Assembly: GCA_030390025.1 (NCBI GenBank)
Contig: CM059432.1
Coordinates: 38,008,001 to 38,072,000, forward strand
Source: Squalus acanthias
Lineage: Eukaryota
Reading direction: 5' to 3'
DNA length: 64,000 bases
The notes beneath the pieces are model-generated. The model saw nothing but the letters and a program-made list of their open reading frames with translations. It was not told the DNA's origin and ran no database searches. The position numbers were made by a program, and so were the translations under genes. This document shows positions 22,013-32,733 of the stretch, piece by piece. Positions within the stretch are counted from its first letter, which is position 1, and the number at the start of each line of letters is the position of its first letter.

Positions 22013-25000
22013 CTAGAGCCCGCGCAGCCCGTCTACCTGTGTCCGCTCAGCTATGATGCGTGGAAGCGACCCCTGGTGGAAATGGAGGTAGAGAAACAGA
22101 AGGGTAGTTATTTGTTGGACACGGGAGCTTCTTGCACCGTGATTCATACAGATAGCCCTTTTGACTCACCGCTATCTACCAAGGTCCCATTCACATTAGC
22201 GGGGTTCACGGGAAAAGAACAGGCTGGCGCGTTCTCCTTTCCGCTATCCATTCGTTTGGGGGCACTTCACATCAAGTGGAAGTGCATATTGATGGAATGG
22301 CAGGAGGGGGGTGGAAGAGGTATCCTCGGGTCCGATCTCCTATCAGGACACGGGATCCTCGTGGACCTCAGAAATCATTGTCTCTGGGGGGCTAAGAGTG
22401 AAAAAGGCGAGGTAGTGGTAATTCCGGGGGAGGAAGAAACAGGGGTCCTGTGTACCATGCAGCCATCCGGAGGCTACGACCTCGGGCTCATGGTCGCAGA
22501 TGTCCCAACGGACATGCAAACGTACGTGTCAGATAATATGCACGCGTTTGCAACCCACAAGCACGATTGTGGGAGGGTTACCGGGTTTGAGGTCAGCGTA
22601 GATGGGGACCCCATGACCCGGCCCCAAAAACAGTATAACTTCCCCAAAGAAGCAGAACCCGATATGGAGACAGCAATGTCCTCCTTGGTGCAGCAGGGCG
22701 TGTTGAGGCCGATAGCCACACACGTGAACTCCCCATTATGGCCGGTTAGGAAGCCGGATAATTCATGGAGGGCCACGGTGGACTACAGAGTCCTTAACAG
22801 TAACATTCCCGCCTGCGCGCCCACGGTAGCGGCAGTTGCTGACCTAATAGGGAGTATCCCAGCGTCCGCGACCACGTTCACGGTTCTGGATATCTCGAAC
22901 GGTTTTTGGTCCATCCCGCTGCGGCGAGAGGACCAGTACAAGTTTGCCTTTACTTTCAAAGGACAACAGTACACATGGAACTGTCTGCCACAGGGTTTCC
23001 ACAATAGCCCCAGTATTTTCCATCAGTGTATGGCAGGAAGTTTAAAGGAGTTTAGTCAGCCCAATCAGATAGTGCAGTACGTGGATGATTTGCTCCTATT
23101 TACGGATTCAAGGGAGGAGCATGGACCACTGCTGGCCGAGTTATTGGAGCTGCTAGCGAGAAAGGGTTTTAAAGTAAACCCATAGAAAGCACGTATCGGT
23201 CAGCAGGAAGTAAAATTCCTGGGACTGACCATTCGCGCTGGGGAAAGAGCCATAGATAAGGCTAGGAGGGAGTCGGTGCAAGAGTTACCGATTCCCAACA
23301 ACATAAGGGGTGTGAGGTCCTTCTTGGGACTGACCGGTTACTGCAGGGATTTTATCGAAGACTATGCGGCCACAGCGGCGCCGCTCCTCCGACTCCTCCA
23401 TAAGGAAGTGGAGTGGTCTTGGGACGAGGGCTGCCAAGCAGCCTTCGAGAAGTTAAAAAGGGATCTGCAGACCGCGCCAGCTTTAGGGGCCATAGATGGG
23501 GGGAAGGAGTTTTTCCTGGAAGTAGCTGCCAGCAGGGACAGCTTGAGCGCTGTGCTGCTCCAAGAGCGCCACGGCAAGCTGAGGCCGGTTGTCTATTCGT
23601 CCAGGGTGTTAACGGATGTGGAGAGAAGTTTCTCCAATTGCGAAAGGCACCTTTTAGCCACGCATTGGGCTGTGAAAAGATCAGCGATCTTCACAGGGCT
23701 CTCTCCCATCACTCTCCTCACCCATCACACACCAACTAAGATGCTTTTAGATGGGAGGATTAAAGATGGGACCGTAAGCAGTGTGCGCATTGTGCGCTGG
23801 ACCCTTCTTCTTTCCCAGATGGATCTTAGAGTAAAAGGTCTTTGCGAGCCTAGGCTTGCAGCCAATTTGGTATACCCCGGTACAGCCCACCGATGTTCGG
23901 TGGAAGGGGTGTGGGACGTCAACATAGGTTTGCGGGCCGGGATACATCCCACTGGGCGCGAGATTTATGTTGATGGTTCTAGCACAGTATCTGCTGGCGA
24001 ACGACTCACAGGGTGTGGAGTTTATGACCCTGCGGCAAACCTTGCCCTGGCGATCAAGCTCCCTAGCACCATGAGCGCGCAGCAGGCTGAGCTGTCTGCA
24101 GTGGTGTATGTTGTTACCCACCCAGACATTTTCCCAACCCCATACACGATTTGCTCGGACAGTATGTTCACATGTAATTCGTGTACGGAATACTTGGCCA
24201 TTTGGTCCCGCCGTGGATACACCTCCGCGGACGGGCGACCTTTAACGGTGAAGCCCTTGCTGAAAAAGATCCTAGCAGCAGTAGGGGAGGAAGGGGAGAT
24301 TTTCATCCATAAGGTGAAAGCTCACTCCTCCACAGAGCCCCGTGGGGAGGGCAACCAGCAGGCGGATGCGCTAGCCAGGGAAGGTGCCCGCAACGGCATT
24401 TTCTGGGACCCCTATGGGACCAGACCCATGGCAGCGATCCAAGGCAGGGACGGGAATCCCGGGAACACCAGGGTAGCATTGCCCCTAGACCTTAAGACCG
24501 TCCAAACCCAGGATCCCGCCCTAAAAGCAGTCCTAAAAACCATTGCTGAGGGGAAGCAAGTAGAGGGTCCGTACAGTACGGCAACCCTCTCAGTTAAGGA
24601 AGGCATGCTGTTCCGCGAGGAGCAGTGGGTTGTGCCGCAGCAGCACAGGAGGGAATTCCTCCAGTTGGCTCACGAGGGACCAGGGGCAGGGCACCCCGGG
24701 CCCAAGGTTACCTGGCAACGGGTAGAGCAAGCGGGATGGTGGCCAGGGCTCAGGGAACAGGTCCGCGAGTTCTGTGCAAACTGTCTTGTGTGCGCTGCAA
24801 ACAACCCAGACCCCCAGAAAAGGAAAGTGCCCATGGGGCACGTAAGAAGGGTAGAGGGACCATGGCAGTCGATACAGATCGACTATATAGGGCCCCTGCC
24901 CACCACCCAGGGAGGTTATAAATACTGCCTCGTCTTGGTGGATGTGTTTTCCAAGTGGGTGGAAGCCTTCCCCTGTCGAACAGCTACGGCACTGGGTACT

Positions 25001-26500
25001 GCAAAAATCTTGGTCCGGGAAGTGTTCTCGCGGTGGGGACTTCCCCGTTTTGTGGAGTCAGACCAAGGGAGTCATTTCACCGGCCAGGTGATGCAGAACA
25101 CCCTCATGCTTTTGGGCATTGAAGGGAAGTGGCACGTAGCACACAATCCCCAGTCATCCGGGATTGTTGAACGCATGAACCGGACCCTGAAGGAGAAATT
25201 GAGGAAAGAGACTAGGAACTCGCCCCAAAAATGGGCGGAGGTTCTGCCTTTAGTCCTCATGGGGGTCCGGGCCAGTCAGTCGAAAAGTACGGGGTATTCC
25301 CCGCACGAGGTGATGACTGGGAGGCTCATGCGAACCCCCACCCATGTGCTAGCGCCGGTGCTCACTGAGGGCCAGCTCCAAGAGATAAGCAGGGACAAGT
25401 TCGCCCAGACCCTCTTGGAGCGCCTGAAGCAGGTTTATGAGCAGACGGCTGGGAACATGGGAAGGCAGCATCAGGGCAATCGCCTGTTGCTGGAACCCCG
25501 CAAAATGCGGGAGTGGGAAGTAGGAGACCAGGTCATGGTCAGAAACTACGCCAGAGTAGGGAGTCTGGAACCACTGTATATGGGACCCTACAATATTGTA
25601 GATAAAGCGAGTCCCATGGTATACGCCGTAAAGGTACCTCGGCGCACTAAGTGGTTCCATGTAAACCAGTGCAAACTGTACAAGCCAGGTGCGCAAGGGA
25701 AAACCACAGGGGTAAAACCTGCGAGTGGGGACGCGCAGCCCCAGGTAGGACCACAAGGCACACAGGCAGGCAAAGCAGCTTGCATCAGGGGAGGAGACAT
25801 CCTGGAAAATTGTGAAACATTTTTGTGGGGTTGGGAGTCAGATGAGGGAGAGTTCTTGGAACTCGAGTCAGATGAGGATAGTGATGAGGACGAGTGGGGA
25901 TCAGGGAACGCAAGGGTCGCCCCCGATTCAGGTATAGGGAGGACAGGGGCTGCAGATAGAGATCCACACAGGGTGGACACCGAGGCTGCAGGTCCCGAAC
26001 ACAGGAGGGAGGAGCTAGGGGAGGCGGAGCCAGCCACTGTGGGACCACAGGGCGTGACGGTGAAAACCTCAGAGCCCGAGCCGCCCACCTTGAACGTCCT
26101 GCCCTCGGGGGAGGTAGGGATTGCGAGTGAAGGGCCGCCTGCTGGGCCGAGCAGGGCGGTGCCACAAGCTGCAAGTCCCGAGGTCAGGGAGGCGGAGTCA
26201 GGGGAGGCGGAGCCAGCGACTGTGGTGGGACCACAGGTCGTCCCGGTGGAAGTCTCGGAACCCGGTCCGTCGGTCCTGGGATTCTTGCCCCCGACAACTC
26301 CTCGTAGGTCAGGTCGAGCACCCCAGCCCAGGAAGATGTGGTCATGTCCCCAGACTGCCCCAAGGCGTAGGCTTAAGGTTAAGGCAGCCCAGGTAGGGCC
26401 CAGTCCCATCGCAGCAGCAACAGGCTGCGGCAGATCAGAGGAAGGGGTCAGAGCCCTCCCACCGTCGGGAAGAGCTCGTAGCAGCCTTCTCAGAATTTAA
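22013..26500 (+). pseudogene. pol: Pol (PR-RT-tether RH-RNase H-IN-C-terminal extension), in frame with gag, single premature TAG at 23183-23185
   Basis: Motifs DTGA and YVDD; second RNase H YVDGS/SAQQAEL/CSDS/HKVKAH/GNQQADALA; HHCC; IDYIGP, SDQGSHF, GIVERMN and GPY. Provirus A has AAG at the stop position. Confidence 0.93.
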
Positions 26501-26800
26501 AGGGGGCCGCCCTGAGAACGGGCGGCGCTGTACAGTAATAAGTTTAGGATAGGTTTCTAAGTTTATAGTTTAAGGTTAAGAATAAGTTTATAGTTTTAAT
26601 CAGGTTAAGTTTGTAGTTTAATTTTAACAGAAAATGATAAAATGATGGGAGCTTTAGAAATAGGTTTAGTTAAAGTTTATTCAGCGAACATTGAAGTTTA
26701 CGTGAGGCGAGGTCAGGGGACCCGCTCACCCTTCACAAAAGCCAGAGACTCGTGCGAGGCTGGCTACCTCATTCTATCTGATCACAGGAACCAAGGAAGG

Positions 26801-29152
26801 ATGGAACGAATTCTAGTATTGCTCGCGGCAATCGGATGTGGATTGGCCTATCGAGGCCGCACCAAGGATGTCGTGGTGTTTGGATGCTCCGGGGACACGG
26901 CCCCCATCGCGGTGGATGGGACCGGAAGACGGGAGGCTGAGGAGACCACCACCTATTTCCACAAGGGAAGGTGGCCAGGATGGCTGGGAACAAACTCAAC
27001 GGAGTATTCTAGCACATCGGGGTTTGCCTACCAAGAGACTTCTTTAATGTGCCCCAAAGTAAGGATCATCGCACCCAGAATCAGCGTCACCGTCGGCAAA
27101 CGGATTTGTTTGACTTGTAATGGGAATGTCCCATTGAGCCGATGGTGGTGGCTGCGAAAGCTGAGCAAAAACATGAGGAACTCTTCGGTCGAGTGGGAAC
27201 GACTGGGTAATAATACCCATCAGACAATTACGGGGACAAACGGACAAGTGAGAGTCTGTTGGGACAAATGGTGGGAACCGGATGAGGGAATTTATGTATG
27301 TATGTGGGGGTCAAAGTACGTTTGCCCCAAAGGCATCTCCATATTTTTCATTAATCAATGGCAGGATAACGGACAGGGGATGAGGTGGGATGCGAGCACC
27401 AGGGGGTGCGGAGCCCCATTCTCCCCGATCCCGGTAAATGCCACTGAACTCATTACGCGCCCACGCAAAGCCCCGCCCACGATTCCGGTGGTTCTAGCTG
27501 AAGAGGAAGGGTGCCCTAAAACCAGTAAGGGACCCGGGAATGGTTTGGTACTGGTCCCCACAGACCAGATACTATTCCAGGGGGTACATTACGCGGTGGC
27601 CTCGGTGATTTTAAATCTCACCGAGGTACGGTTACCAGAGTGGTGCCCCAAAAGGACGGAACAGTTATATCAGGTCCTGTTGACCAAGATGTTCAGACAA
27701 TTTTACGAATTCGATTTCGCGGAAATTGATAAAACAAGTTTGTACACCGCACCACATGAAGTTTTGGATCAAGTAGGGAGGCAAAGAAGGAGTGTAGTGA
27801 ACGACGCGTTCACTGCTTTTAACACGGGTACATCTGTGGTCAACGCTCTAGACAGTGTGGAGCTGCAGACCCAGATTAATGGTTTAAAGACGCAATTAAA
27901 AGACATTCTAACAGATGAGAATAAAGTGGTAGGGTCGGGTTTACACGAGGACCAAGCCATGACTCTCCATTTAAAGGAAATTATAGCAGAGTTAGAGAAA
28001 CATGCAAAGACGGTAAATGCCCTGATTAGGGAAGATCGGAATGCATCCGATCAAGCTGCGCAGAATGAGGTGTGCGTGCTTTACGGGGCGTGGTTACTGG
28101 GCGAAGGCCGCAGTAATTTGGAGGATTTAAAACAAGGTTTGGTCCCGTCCTGGATAAGTAACAAACACCTGCGGGCGCTCCACCCTTTTCAGAATGCATT
28201 AAGTCCGTGCCAGCTCAGGCTAGCTTCAGAAGCTTACCCAGTCCCCGTGGACTGCGGACGATCAAACCATACTATTATGGGTATAGTACTACGTATGCCG
28301 GTTTTGGGCGACACAGCAAAGCCCGCCCCGGTGTATCGGGTAGAGAACATTGGTGTCATTCAGGAGGGAGCCCACATTCGCTATGCAGCGGTTCCACCCT
28401 ACGTCATCCGCTGGGAGCAAACGATGACAGGTACAGATCTCTCTGGTTGTCGTGGCAGGGGAGCACACATAATACTGTGTCCCCAGCACTTGAATGCCTT
28501 TTTAACACCACAGTGCGGGTTCAGAACGGCTGGCGCCAAGTCCATGAATTGCACCATGGAGGCAATGGCACAAGATCATGTGCCTCCGCAGGTAGCATAC
28601 ATCGGGGGTGGAACATATTGTGTTACCACTGCAGCGCAACACTACCAGCATGGAAACCGTAGCCGGTGTCCGGTGAGTGACAGCAGTTTCTGTTTCAAAC
28701 CCAGGACGGAGGTTCAAGTAGCACAACAGCGAATTGTCCCAATCCCTGAACCATCCACTGTTCATCTAACAGTAAAAGAGAATTTCACCGACTTGCAGCG
28801 ATTCGTCGCGCATTTCGGATACCTCATTCCCCCTCTCCCTGAACACCTCACCAAGCTTTTAAAAGCCGTCGCGGTGTCACAAAAACATTTTTACACACTA
28901 GAGCAGAAAACTGTCGAAATAGGGACAGACATTCTGGACATAGTAATTCCACCGTGGTGGAATCTGTTCACCAACATTGAAGTACCTTCATGGATCAGGA
29001 TAGCCTCCCACATTTTAGTCGTATGCCAAGTTTTTATTGTAGTGTACCTATTGGTCGTACATTGTAAAAGAGACAAACGCCTCACCAAGCATGAAAACAC
29101 GGGAGAGTGGCGAGAACGTTATGTGCGCGTGCACGATGAAAGCACCGTGTAA
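26801..29152 (+). CDS. env: Envelope glycoprotein (783 aa from the signal-peptide Met; class I fusion-like, with an Ig-like domain)
   Basis: Signal peptide MERILVLLAAIGCGLA, several N-x-S/T sites, furin site RQRR at 27779-27790, heptad repeats, a Cys-rich ectodomain, a TM helix and a short tail. A candidate splice acceptor lies at 26787. Confidence 0.9.
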   Translation: MERILVLLAAIGCGLAYRGRTKDVVVFGCSGDTAPIAVDGTGRREAEETTTYFHKGRWPGWLGTNSTEYSSTSGFAYQETSLMCPKVRIIAPRISVTVGKRICLTCNGNVPLSRWWWLRKLSKNMRNSSVEWERLGNNTHQTITGTNGQVRVCWDKWWEPDEGIYVCMWGSKYVCPKGISIFFINQWQDNGQGMRWDASTRGCGAPFSPIPVNATELITRPRKAPPTIPVVLAEEEGCPKTSKGPGNGLVLVPTDQILFQGVHYAVASVILNLTEVRLPEWCPKRTEQLYQVLLTKMFRQFYEFDFAEIDKTSLYTAPHEVLDQVGRQRRSVVNDAFTAFNTGTSVVNALDSVELQTQINGLKTQLKDILTDENKVVGSGLHEDQAMTLHLKEIIAELEKHAKTVNALIREDRNASDQAAQNEVCVLYGAWLLGEGRSNLEDLKQGLVPSWISNKHLRALHPFQNALSPCQLRLASEAYPVPVDCGRSNHTIMGIVLRMPVLGDTAKPAPVYRVENIGVIQEGAHIRYAAVPPYVIRWEQTMTGTDLSGCRGRGAHIILCPQHLNAFLTPQCGFRTAGAKSMNCTMEAMAQDHVPPQVAYIGGGTYCVTTAAQHYQHGNRSRCPVSDSSFCFKPRTEVQVAQQRIVPIPEPSTVHLTVKENFTDLQRFVAHFGYLIPPLPEHLTKLLKAVAVSQKHFYTLEQKTVEIGTDILDIVIPPWWNLFTNIEVPSWIRIASHILVVCQVFIVVYLLVVHCKRDKRLTKHENTGEWRERYVRVHDESTV

Positions 29153-29590
29153 TCGGAAAATGGCGTCACTCCCGCTCGCCACGTGCGCCGCGGAAGTTTG
29201 TACTCGATCATGATCTTTAAAGACTGTAAATACGTTTGGAACTCGACATGTTTAAGAGTGGGTTTGATTGTTTTGGTGATGGTGTTGTTGTTGAATATGA
29301 CTGTTTGGTTTTGTTTTGTTTTCCTTTCCCTAAATAAAAAATGTGAATATACAGGTGATACGAGAGGCATCGGCCTGGTTACGCCTGGAAGGAAAACAAG
29401 TGGTGTAAGTTTAAAGGCAAATAATGCCTGCGGTGTTATAAAATGTAATTTTCTTGGGAAATAAGGACGACGCAAAGACCCTAGATAGTTTAAGTTATGG
29501 GATTAAATTTTCTGGATTCGGAGAAAATCGAGATAATATTGCTCGCCACAATATTTTTTTTTTGATACGATAAGCGGAGTTATTCGCATC

Positions 29591-29602
29591 AACAGGAGGG
29601 AC
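29591..29602 (+). promoter_or_regulatory. Polypurine tract
   Basis: AACAGGAGGGAC lies immediately before the 3' LTR. Confidence 0.75.
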
Positions 29603-31314
29603 TGTAGAATTCGCAATATATCGCGATTTTATTAATAAGGAGAAAAACACAGAGTTTCGTTCAAACAGCTTTTATTTCAGCAGAATGCTGTCAGGTTTTC
29701 AAAGTGGACACAAGCAGCTTGTAAAATGGCCGCCGCGCCTCGTGGCAGGAACATTCTAGACTTTTCAACAGGCAGACAAGATGGCGTTCCAATAAACATT
29801 TGTGCAAGATCGATTAAGACTCAGCACATTGAAGATAATACACGAGACATCATGGGTTTACAGTATACACATAAATACTGAAATCGGTCTCCCAGGTACG
29901 AATGAAAGCTATTGTACCCAGTAATCAAGAACCCATCCAAAGACATTAATATGTAAAATCCCAACGACTCTACGATGAGAGAGCCGTTAGCGGGTAGTTA
30001 CAGAAAACACTTGGAAGCCCCAAAACCCCTCCAGGGAGAACACCGACCGATTAAACAATGGGAGAAATATTAACAGGTACTCAGACATTTACGAGTAGCC
30101 CCGAAACCCATTAAAATGGAGATCACCATATACAAGACTTTTGAGCGCCAAACCCTAACAAAAGAAAAGACATTAAGGTTGGGCGGGAAACGGAAGATTT
30201 TGCACTATAATTGCAAGCTCAAACCGTCCATCTCTCTCTTATCCTCTTATCTTGCTGGTGTTTATCCTCGTGGCTGCTCCTGTGCTCTTGACTCGCCGTC
30301 TTGTTCTTGCTTGCCTCGTGTCTCTTTTAAAGACTGTTGAACTTTATGATCCGCTCGGATCTACCTCGTGTCGTGTCGCGAAGACCTGTGTAGAACTGGG
30401 CTCTGAAGCCTTGAAGCGGGCGCACCATTCCGATAAGTCGGTAAACGGTGTCGGAACCGAAGGCCCGAGATGAGATGAGATGAGATGAGATGAGATGAGA
30501 AGAGAAGAAGACCATACTTATCGCCACGGTCAGTAAGCCCCGACCGCGCCTGTAGGTCGAATAGACATTTTCCTTGCCAGGAAGACTTCTTTGAGTTCTA
30601 CAGAACTGACACAGGAAGACTCTTCTTTGAATTTTATCGCACCTGTGCGAGGGCACAGGAAGACTCTTTTTTTTGAGTATAGTCGGAACTCCGAGGACAA
30701 CACAGATCTTCATGACAGCAGACATTCCAGCCTGCTAGCCGGAGCAGAACGAGTAAACAAGTGGGGCCAGGAGACCCCCCTGATCGACACGTGGGTGCTG
30801 CGGTGAAAAACATCCGAACAGAGTTTTCGGAATTCTCCGAGTTATCACGAGTGGTGAGCATGAGTCTCGAATCCTACGAATCTAGCTAGGACAGATATTG
30901 ATAGGGGAGGGTTTCAAGTATTAAGGATAATTGTAATGTGTGCCCCCATTTACGGTGTGTCGTTCGTTCCTCGTTTCCCTGAAATTAGTTACATAACTGC
31001 GTGTAAGATTGTACTGTCATTAATCTGTGCTTATGACATGTATTTCGTAATCTTAAGTATTATGCAATAAAGATTTTCCATTTCGTACCATTCAACCGAG
31101 TCTACCTGAGTTTCATCTCCATTACTGCTCTCGCATCTAAGTCCAGTGTCTAGAACCGTAAGGGCGAGTGGGTCGAACCACTCACAGGTGTGTATAGTGC
31201 TCCCAGACTGGCTGGAGACCAGAACAGGCAACAAGGCCTAAACCCGCACTAGCATACAGGCTGCACAGAGCCACACGAATCTCACAGGCTGAGAGACGGT
31301 CAGAAACCCTTACA
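29603..31314 (+). repeat. 3' LTR of provirus B (1712 bp)
   Basis: Direct repeat of 18491-20202, followed by the TSD CTGG. Confidence 0.97.
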
Positions 31315-32355
31315 CTGGAGAGCAAGATCAACCCTCCCCTTTAAGAACTGGCCGGCGCCAGTGTGTCAGTGTTCCATTGCTAACTGACATCACCTGAGCT
31401 TCGCCAGCGCTCTGAGTTAACGCCTCACTCCTCGGCCTTTGCGCCTTAAGACAGGTGTGTAGCGCTTGATTTAGCGCTCCAATCACCTCCAGGGGCGATA
31501 AAAGCCAAGTTTGCAGTCGGAGGCGATAATTAGCGGCAGGCGTTAAACTTTGCACCTGGCCGATAATTGCGCCCCAAACGGGACGATACCGAATTTCTCC
31601 CCCTAAGACTCTAGTTTCAGACTGAGGCAATTCACTCTCAAACTTAATGTGAAATTCTATCATATTATGATTACTCTGCCCCAGAGGATCCTTTACTATG
31701 AGATTGCTAATTAACCCTGTCTCATTACACATTACAAGATCTAAAATAACCTGTTCCCTGGTTGTTTCCATGATGTATTGTTCTAGGAAACTGTCCCGGA
31801 TGCATTCCATGAACTCGTCCTATAGACTACCTTTGCCAATTTGATTTGTCCAGTATATATGAAGATTAAAGACCACACGATTATTGCATTACATTTGTTA
31901 CAAGCTCCTACTATTTCTTGATTAATATTCTGTCCAACAGTATAGCTACTGTTAGGGGGCCTATATACTACTCCTACCAGTGTTTTCTGCCCCTTGTTAT
32001 TCCTTATCTCCACCCATACTGATTCTACTTCCTGATCTTCCGAGCCGAGATCCTTTCTCTCTACTGTCCTTATGTCATCCTTTATTATCAGGGCTACCCC
32101 ACCCCCCTCCACCTTTTCCATTCTGCCTGTCTTTTCGAAACGTCAAGTACCCTGGAACATTTAGTTCCCAACCTTGGTCACCTTGCAACCATGTCTCTGT
32201 AATGGCTATTAGATCAAGCCCATTTATCTCTATTTGTGCCACTAGTTCATTTATCTTGTTCATGCATTCAGATAAAGAGCCTTTAATTTAAATTTTTTAC
32301 CATTATTCCCTGCATTAACCTTCTTCTCTGCTGCACTGCTACCGTTAAACTCTCT

Positions 32356-32698
32356 GGGGGAAACATTCAGTTGGTTTGCGCCTCCTGTTAGCGCCTTAAG
32401 AGGGCGTTAATGGGGCGCAAAGCAACTAGCGCCCGGGCGCGGCGATATCTGCGCCTCTCGCGAAATTGACCAGACATTTTGCGGCAGGTGCTAAACACTA
32501 CCACCACGATCTCCTGCGCCGGCAGATCGTGACGTCAGTCGAGTGTGCAACGCCCCGGTAGCACCCCGGAACGGATATTGAGTTAGCAACGACAGGTTGA
32601 CGGGAGCGTTTTGCAGTCAGGAAGGGACTGGGGGAGAGCTATTTAAAGGCGAACGCTTCCTGCCTTTTTTTGTTGGTGACATTTTTGCACCACGCATT

Positions 32699-32733
<35 letters not shown>

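Larger units (their letters stand above)
18491..31314 (+). mobile_element. Provirus B: near-intact lokiretrovirus-like endogenous retrovirus (LTR-gag-pol-env-LTR, 12,824 bp)
   Basis: Paired TG...CA LTRs, TSD CTGG at 18487-18490 and 31315-31318, PBS, PPT and three long coding regions. Confidence 0.96.
15147..31603. mobile_element. Harbinger H2 (left end missing), interrupted by provirus B
   Basis: It carries transposase and Myb genes, and a right TIR GAATTTCTCCCCC ends at 31603. Segments 18435-18490 and 31315-31603 match the uninterrupted sequence at about 32895-33222. No left TIR was found. Confidence 0.85.

Noticed and set aside
25588..26409. 273-aa antisense ORF as an HBZ/ASP-like gene
   Set aside because: It mirrors a GC-rich, low-complexity sense frame. 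There is no recognisable domain and no second copy to test conservation.
26642..26800. Env ORF start at 26642 (836 aa)
   Set aside because: The first 53 codons lack signal-peptide character. The Met at 26801 follows a candidate splice acceptor and begins a clear signal peptide.
15147..31603. Harbinger H2 as a mobilisable carrier of the provirus
   Set aside because: The left TIR is missing and the transposase is disrupted, so this is a passive nested insertion.
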